Of a stretch of DNA of 64,000 bases, positions 27,051 through 36,829 are shown piece after piece; position 1 is the stretch's first letter, and each line of letters begins with the position of its first letter. The notes beneath the pieces are model-generated. The model was not told where the DNA came from. It ran no database searches and worked only from the letters and a program-made list of their open reading frames with translations. The DNA comes from a virus (Duplodnaviria; Caudoviricetes). The translations under genes and the position numbers were made by a program. The DNA is taken from IMG/VR virus record IMGVR_UViG_3300028412_000003. One strand, written 5' to 3'.

Positions 27051-27492
27051 CTTCCATTCCTGCTACTCTTAATCTAACAATGTTAGTTATTTGCCATTGT
27101 TTTTGATCAAGACCTTTCATTATTGCTAACCACTTATTTCTTAATAATGCAAATTCATTTATTAAATCTTCGTAAGTTATTACTTCGGATTCTCCATCAA
27201 CATACTTTTCAACATCGCGACTACTTAAAGATCGTTGATAATGTTCAAGATACTTTTTAAACCATTTACTACGAATTTTTCGTAATTGTATTTCGAGATG
27301 TCTAAGTATTGCTTCTATTTCTTGTAATTGAGCAAATCTATACTCAATTATTCCAGGCATTTTTGCTGCGGATTTTTCTACAACTCCGTTCAACTGTACC
27401 TCTTTACGTGCTTCAATTAGCTCGTTTTCAAAGTAAGTGATAGCATTTGGTATTTCTGATAAATCATCAGAAACTTTGCTATACCACCCCAT
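27037..27492 (-). CDS. uvsY: Recombination mediator, UvsY-like
   Basis: Helical ~150 aa, DVEKYVDGE, position after uvsX. Confidence 0.7.
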   Translation of the reverse strand: MGWYSKVSDDLSEIPNAITYFENELIEARKEVQLNGVVEKSAAKMPGIIEYRFAQLQEIEAILRHLEIQLRKIRSKWFKKYLEHYQRSLSSRDVEKYVDGESEVITYEDLINEFALLRNKWLAIMKGLDQKQWQITNIVRLRVAGMEDASV

Positions 27493-27707
27493 TAATAATC
27501 CTCTTCGTCTTCTCCGTCAAGATCAAGATAGTATCGGATGGCTTCATCTAATGAGCCATCCGAACCTAGTGCATTTGTAAGTGATTCTTCATCAACACCG
27601 TAATCAGCAAGCATATCAATATACTTTTCTGCTACTATCTCTATTTGCTTTTTATCAAGGTATTCTCTAAAAAGCATCCACGTGTCAATAATCCTGTTCT
27701 CTTCCAT
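27492..27707 (-). CDS. Hypothetical acidic protein (71 aa)
   Basis: ORF track; coupled. Confidence 0.7.
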   Translation of the reverse strand: MEENRIIDTWMLFREYLDKKQIEIVAEKYIDMLADYGVDEESLTNALGSDGSLDEAIRYYLDLDGEDEEDY

Positions 27708-28809
27708 CCAGCTCTAACTCCTCGGCTTGGTTGTCTTCGCCGATTAATTCGGCTTCGCTCTCTTCGCTCTCTTCGCCGATATTTACCTTGCTGTTTGTTT
27801 TTTCTTCAAAATCTGACATAACTAGATCAAGCATTTTGCCATTCCAGTCTTTTCTATATGCTAAGTGTTCTTTACCAAAAGAATCAATATATTTTAATCG
27901 ATTTCCTTGTTGGGTAATTAATCCCTTCTTCTCAAATAAATCAACTAACCCACTATAAGGATCCATTCCTGTAGAATACGGAATTTTTATTTGTACTGCT
28001 TCAAATGGCTTAGAGTATCTCGACTTAACTACCTTACAGGCCGCGCGTATTCCATGCACTTCAGATGTTTTCTTTCCGTCTTCGTCTTCTTTTAATTTTA
28101 GCTTCTTTATTGCTACTACAATAGAAGAAGCATAAATGAATCCTGCTCCTCCGGATATCTTATCATCCGGATCAAACATATCTTGTGAAGCATAGGTATG
28201 GTTAGTTGCTACCATACCTACATTGTGTGCTCCAAACATGTTTACACAGTTAGTAACCAGGGTCTTAAGTGCTTTTGCCTTACGACCCATATCACCTTTC
28301 ATATCTCCTGCATCAAATTGATTAACTTCAGTTGGGGTCATTAACATACCAAGAGAGTCTACAACAAAGAGAACCTTTTGTCGTTCTTCTTCTGCTTGTT
28401 CTTTATAACCTTTCATAAACATTGATATTGTCTTAGCGACGTCGTCTATCATTGCCATGTTTAGTTTGAGCAATTTTTCTTCAGATGTGTCAACATCTAA
28501 TGCTTTTAGCCAAGTTTCATCAAGTGCATTTTCTGTATCAATTAATACAACAAAAATATCTTGAGCTTGTGCTGCTTTGATAACATTACCTGCACAAATA
28601 TATGATTTTCCCGAACCGGATTCTCCTGCAAATACACTAACCTTACCTAAAGGAATTCCTTTATTAAAATTACCACTTACAAGATAATTGAGTGCATAAC
28701 TACCAGTTGATATCCAATCGGTTGGATCATGAAATCCAGCACTCATACCATTTATTGATTTTGTTAAGTCTTTTCGAAATTTAGTGGGATCGAAGCTCTT
28801 GTTCGCCAT
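27685..28809 (-). CDS. uvsX: RecA-like recombinase UvsX
   Basis: GESGSGKS, IDTENA, VVDSLG, SGGAGFIYASS. Confidence 0.93.
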   Translation of the reverse strand: MANKSFDPTKFRKDLTKSINGMSAGFHDPTDWISTGSYALNYLVSGNFNKGIPLGKVSVFAGESGSGKSYICAGNVIKAAQAQDIFVVLIDTENALDETWLKALDVDTSEEKLLKLNMAMIDDVAKTISMFMKGYKEQAEEERQKVLFVVDSLGMLMTPTEVNQFDAGDMKGDMGRKAKALKTLVTNCVNMFGAHNVGMVATNHTYASQDMFDPDDKISGGAGFIYASSIVVAIKKLKLKEDEDGKKTSEVHGIRAACKVVKSRYSKPFEAVQIKIPYSTGMDPYSGLVDLFEKKGLITQQGNRLKYIDSFGKEHLAYRKDWNGKMLDLVMSDFEEKTNSKVNIGEESEESEAELIGEDNQAEELELDGREQDY

Positions 28810-28834
28810 ATTTTCTCCTTGATTGTTGAAAGTT

Positions 28835-28856
28835 GGGGCGACATTGCTGCCGCCCC
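28835..28856 (-). terminator. GC-rich hairpin after gp32
   Basis: GGGGCG/CGCCCC stem with a weak U tract. Confidence 0.5.
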
Positions 28857-28863
28857 GTTTTTA

Positions 28864-29856
28864 TTAGCTTGCGTTTTGACGGCTACGGATCTTTGCTAAG
28901 ATGTCCATAGCATTATCATCTGCTGCTGATTCGGTCTTTTGTGCAATTGGCTTGCCACCATCAAATGGTGGTTCATCGTCATTGTCAACCTTATTATCAA
29001 CTACTGGTGCCTTTACTTCTGCTGGCTTGACATTAGTAGGAGAAGCCGAATCATTTTTATTCGGATCACCAGTTGTTGCTATCATGCCACTTGGACGGAA
29101 GTAATTGCTCCAACGATCTGGATCATATGGTTCTCCATCAACGCTCGATTCGAACATTTCAGAAATAACCTTTAATTCTACTTCGGTTGGCTTCTTTGGA
29201 ATAAAATCACCAAGATTGTGAAGTCCGTGTGTTTCGACACTTTCTAATTCTGATGCCGAAAGCGGACGTTCACGACGACTCCATGACGAAGTTGAATAAT
29301 CAGCAAAGCTTCCCTTACTGGTCTTTGTGATTTTAAAATCAAGTCCGTTAACGTAATCAGTTGGCATATGCTCTAAATCAGGATCAATTATTCCAGAATA
29401 GATAATTTGATAGATTTGAGGACCAATTATAACCCTACGTACTGGATTTTCTGGAGGAGTTTCGTCCTTTAATGCCGAGTCAATAACTAGACCCTGGAAT
29501 ATATATGAACGCTTTTTCCAATATTTACGTCCCATATCTTCCATGCTAGGATCCTTAAACCATCCTCTTACTTCAGAAAGTACAGGACAAGTTTCCTTGT
29601 ACATTTCCATGCAAGGAACATTAACAGTAATTGGACGTGAATCCGATTGACCCTTAACACCTGCAAAAGGTAGTTTAATCATCAAACGTTCTTTCCAAAA
29701 GAAATCTGCTGACTTGTCACCGTCAGGTAGGAAACGGAAAACCGAAGTTTCACCTTCCTTCATATTCCAAAATGGAAAAATTGCGTTATCGACTGGTCCG
29801 GAACTTTTGACCTCTTGTTCCTTGAGTTTTGCTCTAATTTCTGCTAGTGTAGCCAT
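28864..29856 (-). CDS. gp32: Single-stranded DNA-binding protein, gp32-like
   Basis: RFLP, CPVLSEVR, YWKKRSY, FKITKT..G.FADYSTS, acidic tail. Confidence 0.88.
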   Translation of the reverse strand: MATLAEIRAKLKEQEVKSSGPVDNAIFPFWNMKEGETSVFRFLPDGDKSADFFWKERLMIKLPFAGVKGQSDSRPITVNVPCMEMYKETCPVLSEVRGWFKDPSMEDMGRKYWKKRSYIFQGLVIDSALKDETPPENPVRRVIIGPQIYQIIYSGIIDPDLEHMPTDYVNGLDFKITKTSKGSFADYSTSSWSRRERPLSASELESVETHGLHNLGDFIPKKPTEVELKVISEMFESSVDGEPYDPDRWSNYFRPSGMIATTGDPNKNDSASPTNVKPAEVKAPVVDNKVDNDDEPPFDGGKPIAQKTESAADDNAMDILAKIRSRQNAS

Positions 29857-29931
29857 AGTATTTGCCTCCTTATTTTAAATGCCTTCTATGTGCTTATAAT
29901 TTTGCCTATAGTGCAACAATACTAATAATTG

Positions 29932-29961
29932 TATTATTACACAGAGTATTTATCTTGTCAA
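29932..29961 (-). promoter_or_regulatory. Overlapping sigma70-like (TTGACA...AATAAT) and late-type (GATAAATA, 29947-29954) promoter for gp32
   Basis: Read on the minus strand. Confidence 0.55.
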
Positions 29962-30012
29962 GTCGAAAAGCGGCTAAAAGTGGCCTATTTTAGATTAAAA
30001 TTATTGAACAAA

Positions 30013-31893
30013 TTAACGGAGTAAAGTAAGACCTGCAAGAGTTTTCATACGAGTTATATCCTCATATGGTCTTTGTTGTTCTTCGTCTGCAAGAGGCTCC
30101 ATGTCAGAATCAACAGTTATTCCCGTGTGCTCTCTATAAATTTCCTGTATTCTTTCAATGAAATTTTTAGCAGGATTAATAAATTCGTTTCCATAATCTT
30201 TTTCAATTGCAGTAAGTACCGCAGTTTCGCCTTTAGGGAATCGTCCGTTGTCTCGATCAAATAATGAAAGAATATATTCAGGCAATGGTGTTTGAGGTTT
30301 TTCTTCCTCTTCTTCTCCATCCGGACATTCTTGTGCATTATTTGGATGATTTTTAATCAATTGATCTTTTATTTGATCTAAGTATTCGGTTGTAAAATAT
30401 TCCATAATTCCATCATAAAATCCTTCTGCACCTACATTTTCGATTGCAGTATGTATTAAATCACTTGCTGCATCGCTCATATATCCTTTGATGTCATCAG
30501 GATCAGTTAAATCATCATAACGAGAATAATCATAATTTTGGATAAGATTTTTAATTTCATCCATGACTTCTTCTTGTGCTCGTTCTTCTCCAGGTTCAGG
30601 TGTTCCCTGCGAACGATCAAATGCTCCTTGATCAAAGTCGTCTGGATAATTTCCTATCTCATTCATTGTTTTTTCAAAACTATTCATGTAGATGTCATTT
30701 TCTGCAATACCAACATACTTTAAACGCACATTACCTGCTAAACGATTCTTTTTACGAAATAACTCTGCAGCTTGACTTATATTCATGTTTGGTTGTGTAA
30801 GGAATGATGTTTTTATATTCTTCTTTTTACCCTCATCATATGTTACATTCCATTCTTTTTGTCCGGCGCGTGTATATGAAGATGTTTTTGGTGAGTCTTC
30901 TCCAACTAAATCATCAGCATTTAATTCTTTTGGTCCAGATTCTCCTATCAACTTATAGATATATGGAAATACGTCTTTAAGTTCTTCGTTAAATTGTTCA
31001 ATCGTAAGTTGCTTGATCCAATCTTGTTTTACATCTTCTGGTACTTCAGTTAATTCTGAACTTTCAAAAGTTTCAATTTCTTCTTTATAAAAGTTTTCTT
31101 TTTGTAGTTTATTGATACGATTCTTAACAGTTATAACTCGTTCTTTTACAACATCCATGTATTGTCCGAGTCCTTCTGCCATAACAGATGATCGACCCAT
31201 GTATGTTTTAAACTTCTTGAGGTTGGCCAATTCTTCAGATAATCCAGTTATATGTTTACCAAATTCGTCATGTGGTACTCCGCCTTCTGATACATGTCTT
31301 GCCATTGCCCTTGCGCCAGATATGTGTTTAAACGGATATTTAAATCTTTCTCCGTTGTCGCTCTCAATAAAAATACCCTCTATGTGTTGAGTTCTACCGG
31401 CGGGTATATCATTATTGACGCGCTGGGTGTGCTGAAGTCTTAATCTAGCATTCCCAATATCTTGAAAACTTACCTTTGATGTTCCGTACATCTTTGATTC
31501 TGTCATTTTATCATCTCCTGGACTCGTAGCGAGATACGAGTAATCTCTCTTTTGTAAATTGTCACGCTCTATATCTCTTGTTTCAAAATTAAGAGCTCTC
31601 TTTCGAGCAAATTTTCTAAGTTCTTTAAGAAATCCATACCATTGTGATTTAGCTATTCCATTTTCTATTGCTATAGAATCACTATTAAAGAGTATAACTA
31701 CTCCTTCTTCTTCACTTAAACTAACTGACACTTTGCCTTGCGAGTCTGAATTATTTTCGTAACTAAAATCAAAAAATCTTGCCTCTGAAGGTTCATTTGT
31801 TACTTGTCCTTCAGCGGTACCTATTGATACCGACGGAAATCTTCCTCGTATTTTGTTAAAAAGTTCTTCGCCTATTGTGTCTAAATCTCTCAT
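30013..31893 (-). CDS. Large acidic hypothetical protein (626 aa), likely late/virion
   Basis: ORF track; GATAAATA 4 nt upstream. Confidence 0.75.
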   Translation of the reverse strand: MRDLDTIGEELFNKIRGRFPSVSIGTAEGQVTNEPSEARFFDFSYENNSDSQGKVSVSLSEEEGVVILFNSDSIAIENGIAKSQWYGFLKELRKFARKRALNFETRDIERDNLQKRDYSYLATSPGDDKMTESKMYGTSKVSFQDIGNARLRLQHTQRVNNDIPAGRTQHIEGIFIESDNGERFKYPFKHISGARAMARHVSEGGVPHDEFGKHITGLSEELANLKKFKTYMGRSSVMAEGLGQYMDVVKERVITVKNRINKLQKENFYKEEIETFESSELTEVPEDVKQDWIKQLTIEQFNEELKDVFPYIYKLIGESGPKELNADDLVGEDSPKTSSYTRAGQKEWNVTYDEGKKKNIKTSFLTQPNMNISQAAELFRKKNRLAGNVRLKYVGIAENDIYMNSFEKTMNEIGNYPDDFDQGAFDRSQGTPEPGEERAQEEVMDEIKNLIQNYDYSRYDDLTDPDDIKGYMSDAASDLIHTAIENVGAEGFYDGIMEYFTTEYLDQIKDQLIKNHPNNAQECPDGEEEEEKPQTPLPEYILSLFDRDNGRFPKGETAVLTAIEKDYGNEFINPAKNFIERIQEIYREHTGITVDSDMEPLADEEQQRPYEDITRMKTLAGLTLLR

Positions 31894-31903
31894 ATCGTAT
31901 TTA

Positions 31904-33289
31904 TCAACCCATTGTTATAAACATCGGCATTGGTCTTACATCGTAATAATCGTCGGGGTCGGCTTGAACAAATGTTTGATATACAGCAGGGTCCCAATCT
32001 TTCATTACGGTTAATACTCTTATTGTAAGAAGAATAGCAGATACTAAATCATCTGGTCGATCGTTCTTTCCTTTGTAGGTTGTAGAATGAGCAACAAAAT
32101 CCTTTAATTGAGAAATAAGAGGTTTAGAATTAATTTTAAATTTATCGTTTTCGATTAGAGTTTTTAACTTAGCACAAGCTGAAATTTTAGTTCCGTGCGT
32201 GGTATTAAATCCTTTTCGAAATTTGCGTATATGTCCTTTTCTCATAGGTTCTGATACAAACAATCCAGGAATAGTTTCTTCACCAAAATCTTCAATAACA
32301 ATAAGAGCAGCTTCTCCTATTGTATTGTTTTCAACACTCCAATAAATGTTAGACGAGGAGCCGCACATTTCTTCAAGATAATTACATATTTCTCTTAGTA
32401 CTCGTATTTGTCCAGGAATAGCTGTAGAGTTATGTTTCCATTCTCCTATTTGTTCATATGTAGGAACTTCAAATACTTGTATAGCAGCATCGTTACCGCC
32501 GGTTCCCATAGAAGGATCAAGTGCAACAACATAACTAAATTTCTTATTTGGTTTTTTATACCAGCGTGTTTGTCCCATGTTAAGTAATGGTTCTCGCCCG
32601 GGCATGTTTGCTAATTTAATAGAAGATATAAGAGTTTCGTCAAATACAAGGAATTCACACCCATATTCACGCCGGAATCTTTCTTCACCTATACGACCTG
32701 TTTCTGCTTTTTTCCATTCCTCATCACGGTCCGGATGTTCGTTCCATGCAACAGTAAAAGAATGAAATCCATTTTCTCCCACTGTGCCTTCATTACCATA
32801 TTCGTCAAATTTATTTTCTGCTTCTTTCCAGATAGTAGCAAAAGTATCTTCGTCTGAGTTTGGTGTAGATGTTATAATAGCACGTCCACCAGTTGCTAGA
32901 GTAGGTGATATAGAAGTCCAAAATTCTATAGCAATGTTAGGTGGAACAAACGCAAACTCGTCACAATTTTTAGTTGTAATATTATTAGCTATAAACTTAT
33001 GGTTGTCTTCATCTACTTCAATTATATCATAAACTACCGACGACGGGTTTTCTGTAATTGATATAATTTTTTCATGGGTATTATTTGTTTCAATAATATC
33101 ACCAACCAACAAATCGGCTACTTTTCTTCTTTCATTGTTAATAAAAAAATAATGCCCCAATGTTGCATTAATACTATTATTATCTGTAACAATATTGTAT
33201 GTAATTTTTTCACCAGCACACGATACTCCTCGGAAATCTTTCCATCCTGTTGGAGTTAATATTTCATATTCATTGTTTTCAACAAACAT
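31904..33289 (-). CDS. terL: Terminase large subunit, C-terminal part, fused to a split-intein IntC (aa 1-108)
   Basis: IntC ends KFIANNITTKN then C-DEFAFVPP (Walker B); ITSTPN; nuclease ALDPSMG, VENN, DDLV; own SD AAGGA. Confidence 0.93.
   Translation of the reverse strand: MFVENNEYEILTPTGWKDFRGVSCAGEKITYNIVTDNNSINATLGHYFFINNERRKVADLLVGDIIETNNTHEKIISITENPSSVVYDIIEVDEDNHKFIANNITTKNCDEFAFVPPNIAIEFWTSISPTLATGGRAIITSTPNSDEDTFATIWKEAENKFDEYGNEGTVGENGFHSFTVAWNEHPDRDEEWKKAETGRIGEERFRREYGCEFLVFDETLISSIKLANMPGREPLLNMGQTRWYKKPNKKFSYVVALDPSMGTGGNDAAIQVFEVPTYEQIGEWKHNSTAIPGQIRVLREICNYLEEMCGSSSNIYWSVENNTIGEAALIVIEDFGEETIPGLFVSEPMRKGHIRKFRKGFNTTHGTKISACAKLKTLIENDKFKINSKPLISQLKDFVAHSTTYKGKNDRPDDLVSAILLTIRVLTVMKDWDPAVYQTFVQADPDDYYDVRPMPMFITMG
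32966..33289 (-). mobile_element. Split intein C-fragment (108 aa)
   Basis: Block B TLGH, block F VYDI, block G ...TKN with Cys at +1. Confidence 0.9.
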
Positions 33290-34191
33290 ATAATTTCCTT
33301 TACGATTAGGTCTTGCGTTGATTGCCAGATGTAATATGTTAAAAATTGTCTATTTTTAAATAACGAACGGGCTTTATTATAGTCATATGTTAATACTTCA
33401 TCTGCAGATTTCTTCTTACCTCTAGGTGGTTTCCAATCCTTCCATTCTGATTCAGAAAGAGTTGGATCTGCATGCCAGGCCGTTGATTGATATTCTATTG
33501 CCATCTTAAATTTCGGAATAGTTAAATCCCAAAAATAATAATTTTCAGTCGCTGTATCTTTAATCCCATATTCGTTTTTATCAAAATAATATTTGATTTC
33601 GTTTTGATCTAACCAATCAATAATCGGTTTCAAAACTCTTTTAGAAAGTTTGCTAGCACCACCGGTGCCTGTTTTATTGTTTTTAATTAAGGTTTGTTTC
33701 TGTTTTTTGTGTGCATTTTGTTCGATGGTTAAACCGTTGGGCAATATTGTAGTTAATCTGGCATCAGCTTGCCGGCGGTAGCCATTCCTACCAAATTCAT
33801 CAACATTTGCCATATGTGTTGCACGAGTTTTTTTACCTTTTTTATCATACCCACTTAGACCATCAGAATCTTTTTGCTTTAAGATTTTTCTCGCTTTGAC
33901 TTGGCCAACTTCGTATTTAGACAAGCCAGTTTCTGCGTCAATCTTTTTAAGACCCATTTTAATATTTCGTTTTCTTGCTTCGCTAACACCTCTAATACCC
34001 GGATACAACCGGTCGTATTCTTCAACTGTCATTTCTAATACGTTGACGATATAAGATGATTTAATCATACTCAATCGTTGATTACTAACCGGACACACAA
34101 TATAATCAATACGCTCTTTCATTTCAGATTGATATAGTTTTTGATTTCTTTTTTGATTACGTTCTATGAACTTTTTAATTTTTATTTGCAT
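33256..34191 (-). mobile_element. Free-standing putative homing endonuclease, Vsr-like PD-(D/E)xK
   Basis: WDLTIPKFKMAIEYQSTAWHAD; lies between the two terL halves and overlaps the IntC start by 34 nt. Confidence 0.75.
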
Positions 34192-34206
34192 ATTACAAGC
34201 TTTCTG

Positions 34207-34845
34207 TTAAACTAGGACCTTTGTGGCTCCTGTTAATCTTACGTATAGATCTTTTAGTGTAACAGTTTCTTCTATTTTTGTCAATTTATTTCGAATTTGG
34301 ACCGTAGTAGTGTCGCCGTCCAAGCAATATAATAATGATATAGCCATACCACGACCGGTATTATTGGTTGTAGTTTGAGCGACAATTCTTGAACCATTTT
34401 CAAAAACAATACTTCCTTTATTATATTCTGTTTGTCCTGCACGTACATGATCAGGACACATTTCATAAGCATACCGTATTCGTTGCATAATTTCTAATGC
34501 ACCGGTATATTTATGAGCCGCAATTAGAATAGTTTGATTAGGATTAAACATTGCATACCAAAGCAAATATCCTGCAGCACAGGTAGTTTTTCCTGTTTGT
34601 CGAGGTAACATATTAATATTAAATCGATATTTGTGATAACTATCTAATAATCTTGTTTGGTAAGAAAATGGGTCAAACAGCAATTCTCCTTTGACAGAAT
34701 GCTGTATGTAGAAGAAGTTCCTTAAAAAATAATGATGTCCATCTTCTGGATCCATACACCTAACTAAATCATCAATTTGGTCTTGTGTATATTTTTCCTG
34801 TTGGTTTGCCTTCTTAACAAGAACTCCGTCTACATTTCTACTCAT
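34207..34845 (-). CDS. terL: Terminase large subunit, N-terminal part (aa 1-173), fused to a split-intein IntN (39 aa)
   Basis: Walker A PRQTGKT, ENGSRI, GRGMAISLLY then CLDGDTTTVQI...LKDLYVRL. Confidence 0.93.
   Translation of the reverse strand: MSRNVDGVLVKKANQQEKYTQDQIDDLVRCMDPEDGHHYFLRNFFYIQHSVKGELLFDPFSYQTRLLDSYHKYRFNINMLPRQTGKTTCAAGYLLWYAMFNPNQTILIAAHKYTGALEIMQRIRYAYEMCPDHVRAGQTEYNKGSIVFENGSRIVAQTTTNNTGRGMAISLLYCLDGDTTTVQIRNKLTKIEETVTLKDLYVRLTGATKVLV
34210..34326 (-). mobile_element. Split intein N-fragment (39 aa)
   Basis: Block A C-L-x-G-D-T; Cys codon at 34324-34326. Confidence 0.9.
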
Positions 34846-34846
34846 T

Positions 34847-36235
34847 TTATAGTCCTGCTAATTTCTTAAGATCCATCATTGATTTAGTACTAGAAGCAAC
34901 TCTTTGATTGCCAACCTTGTGAGTAGCTAAAGCAATAATATCATTTACTTCTTTGCTTTCGGACATAGCTTTCTTATTGTTAATCTTACTATCACCTACT
35001 AATTTACCCTTAGTAACATTCTTCTGTTCAGGACCTGTAGTAGGTGAACTCTTACCAGCTTTGTGGGTTCCCTTTAATTGATCGCCTGGACGAGAAGTCT
35101 TTCCTGTTCCTGAAAACGCTTCTTTGGTCTTTTTGTCTGGACCCTTTGTGTCTCTTGTATTTTCTAAGTTTGGTTTCTTTGTTTCACCAAACTTCCTTAC
35201 TTTACCTTGTCCGTCTTTTGTTAAATGTCCCGAATGGTTCTGTCCTGGCTTCTTACCTGAAGATCCAACTGCCTTTTTAGTTTTACCTTTTTTGAATTCT
35301 CCGGACTTTACCTTCTTTTCGATTTTGTCTTTTTCACCATCTTTGTAAGCGCCTTCTTTTACATTATGATGTGTCTTTCCACACTTTTCACATGGTGACT
35401 TACCGCAATTGCAATTGCATTTGGTTTCTTTTACAATCTTTTCGCTTAGAGCTGCATACAACTGATCGCGTATACTCTCTGTTCTTTTATTATCCATAAC
35501 ACTTAGATCCTCTAATTTCTTTGTTAATTCTTCACCAACAGACATTGGATTGTCTCCGTTGGCTGCAGGCGAATACATCTTACTCTTGGGTCCAGCACCG
35601 CCTGCTAGATCATGTTGCATGTAATCATTATCTTGATAATCTTCGTCTGGTGAATTATCCCATTCTTCAACATCTTCTGATTTTTCTTCTACTCTACCTT
35701 CATTTTCTAAGAAATGTAAAACTGAAACAGCATCTTGACCAGTTGCTTTTTCAACTAAAGCTGCCATCGATTGTGCTTCATCGTATGAGTATTTCTTTTT
35801 CTGCCAATCTTTGTCAACAACTTCGATACACGATTGCATTGATTCCCATCTATCCGAATCATCTTGCGCTGGATCTGTTTCCCGCTCATCAACTCCGTTG
35901 TCCATCATTGCTTCGTGTTCGTCTGCTGCACGATCCATTGCTTTTGCCATTCCATTAGGAGCATCAACATCAATAGGTGCGCCTAGTTCACCGGCGCCTA
36001 TTCCAGTAACTGAAAGTGAAGGTTTTGGAGGACCGTCTGGCATTTCAGGTGGTTTTGACATCTCGGGTGGTGGAGCAACACCAGCATTCTTAAACATTGA
36101 CATAAGTTGTTCAACTTCAGATGCGTTTTCTCCGGTTAATGATAGGTTAACTGAAGCTGTTTCAGTTAATTTATTCTTTTTATCAAGATTAAGATCAATT
36201 TCTTTTATCCTGTTATATACTTTATTAAAATCCAT
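34847..36235 (-). CDS. Low-complexity charged protein, likely internal head/core protein
   Basis: Acidic and K/G-rich segments separated by x-x-E motifs; SD GGAGG. Confidence 0.6.
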   Translation of the reverse strand: MDFNKVYNRIKEIDLNLDKKNKLTETASVNLSLTGENASEVEQLMSMFKNAGVAPPPEMSKPPEMPDGPPKPSLSVTGIGAGELGAPIDVDAPNGMAKAMDRAADEHEAMMDNGVDERETDPAQDDSDRWESMQSCIEVVDKDWQKKKYSYDEAQSMAALVEKATGQDAVSVLHFLENEGRVEEKSEDVEEWDNSPDEDYQDNDYMQHDLAGGAGPKSKMYSPAANGDNPMSVGEELTKKLEDLSVMDNKRTESIRDQLYAALSEKIVKETKCNCNCGKSPCEKCGKTHHNVKEGAYKDGEKDKIEKKVKSGEFKKGKTKKAVGSSGKKPGQNHSGHLTKDGQGKVRKFGETKKPNLENTRDTKGPDKKTKEAFSGTGKTSRPGDQLKGTHKAGKSSPTTGPEQKNVTKGKLVGDSKINNKKAMSESKEVNDIIALATHKVGNQRVASSTKSMMDLKKLAGL

Positions 36236-36236
36236 T

Positions 36237-36812
36237 TTAGCCTCCTATGACCGGCTTGTTATTTTGTTCTGGGGAAATATCTTTGCTTGATCCAACTGGA
36301 GTGTTTTCAATAGCGTTGCCCTCTGTTCGTTCTTGTCTTGCAACTTCAAGTTCTTTTAATAGATCCATTATTCGATGGGTACCTACTTTAGGTTGTGCAT
36401 TAGGATCCGAATTTCCCATTTCTGTTTTTGTCAACAATGGCTCGTATACTCCGTCATTGTCCTTTACAGAATTTGCTATAAGCTCTTCGTAAGGTTCAGT
36501 TGGTGAAGTAACTAATATATGTGATTCGGTAACTCCTAATACATCTCCAATATATTTTCTTAATACCGCTGCTGTTGCAGGATATCTTACCTTTACATCA
36601 TGAGTGTGTATTTCACAATTTTGTATTTGTGGGAAATGTAAAGGAGATTCTTGTATTGGAGACTTTGTTCCAGCCGAAACACTAATTAGGTCGTATTTCG
36701 TTAATGCCAATTTTAACTTATCCGTTATGCCTTCTCCCATTGGACCGGCTACTCTTATTTTAAAATTATATTCTTTTTCGCTTTCGGCGATGTAATCAAA
36801 GAAGGTTTTCAT
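36237..36812 (-). CDS. Hypothetical late protein with T4 capsid-targeting-like N-terminus MKTFFDYIAE
   Basis: ORF track; GATAAATA at 36831-36838. Confidence 0.65.
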   Translation of the reverse strand: MKTFFDYIAESEKEYNFKIRVAGPMGEGITDKLKLALTKYDLISVSAGTKSPIQESPLHFPQIQNCEIHTHDVKVRYPATAAVLRKYIGDVLGVTESHILVTSPTEPYEELIANSVKDNDGVYEPLLTKTEMGNSDPNAQPKVGTHRIMDLLKELEVARQERTEGNAIENTPVGSSKDISPEQNNKPVIGG

Positions 36813-36829
36813 TCTATTCCCCTGTTGTT

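Noticed and set aside
33290-34206. Group I intron joining the terL halves at RNA level
   Set aside because: The endonuclease ORF fills the interval (15-nt gap on one side, overlap on the other), leaving no room for a ribozyme core; IntC has its own SD and ATG.
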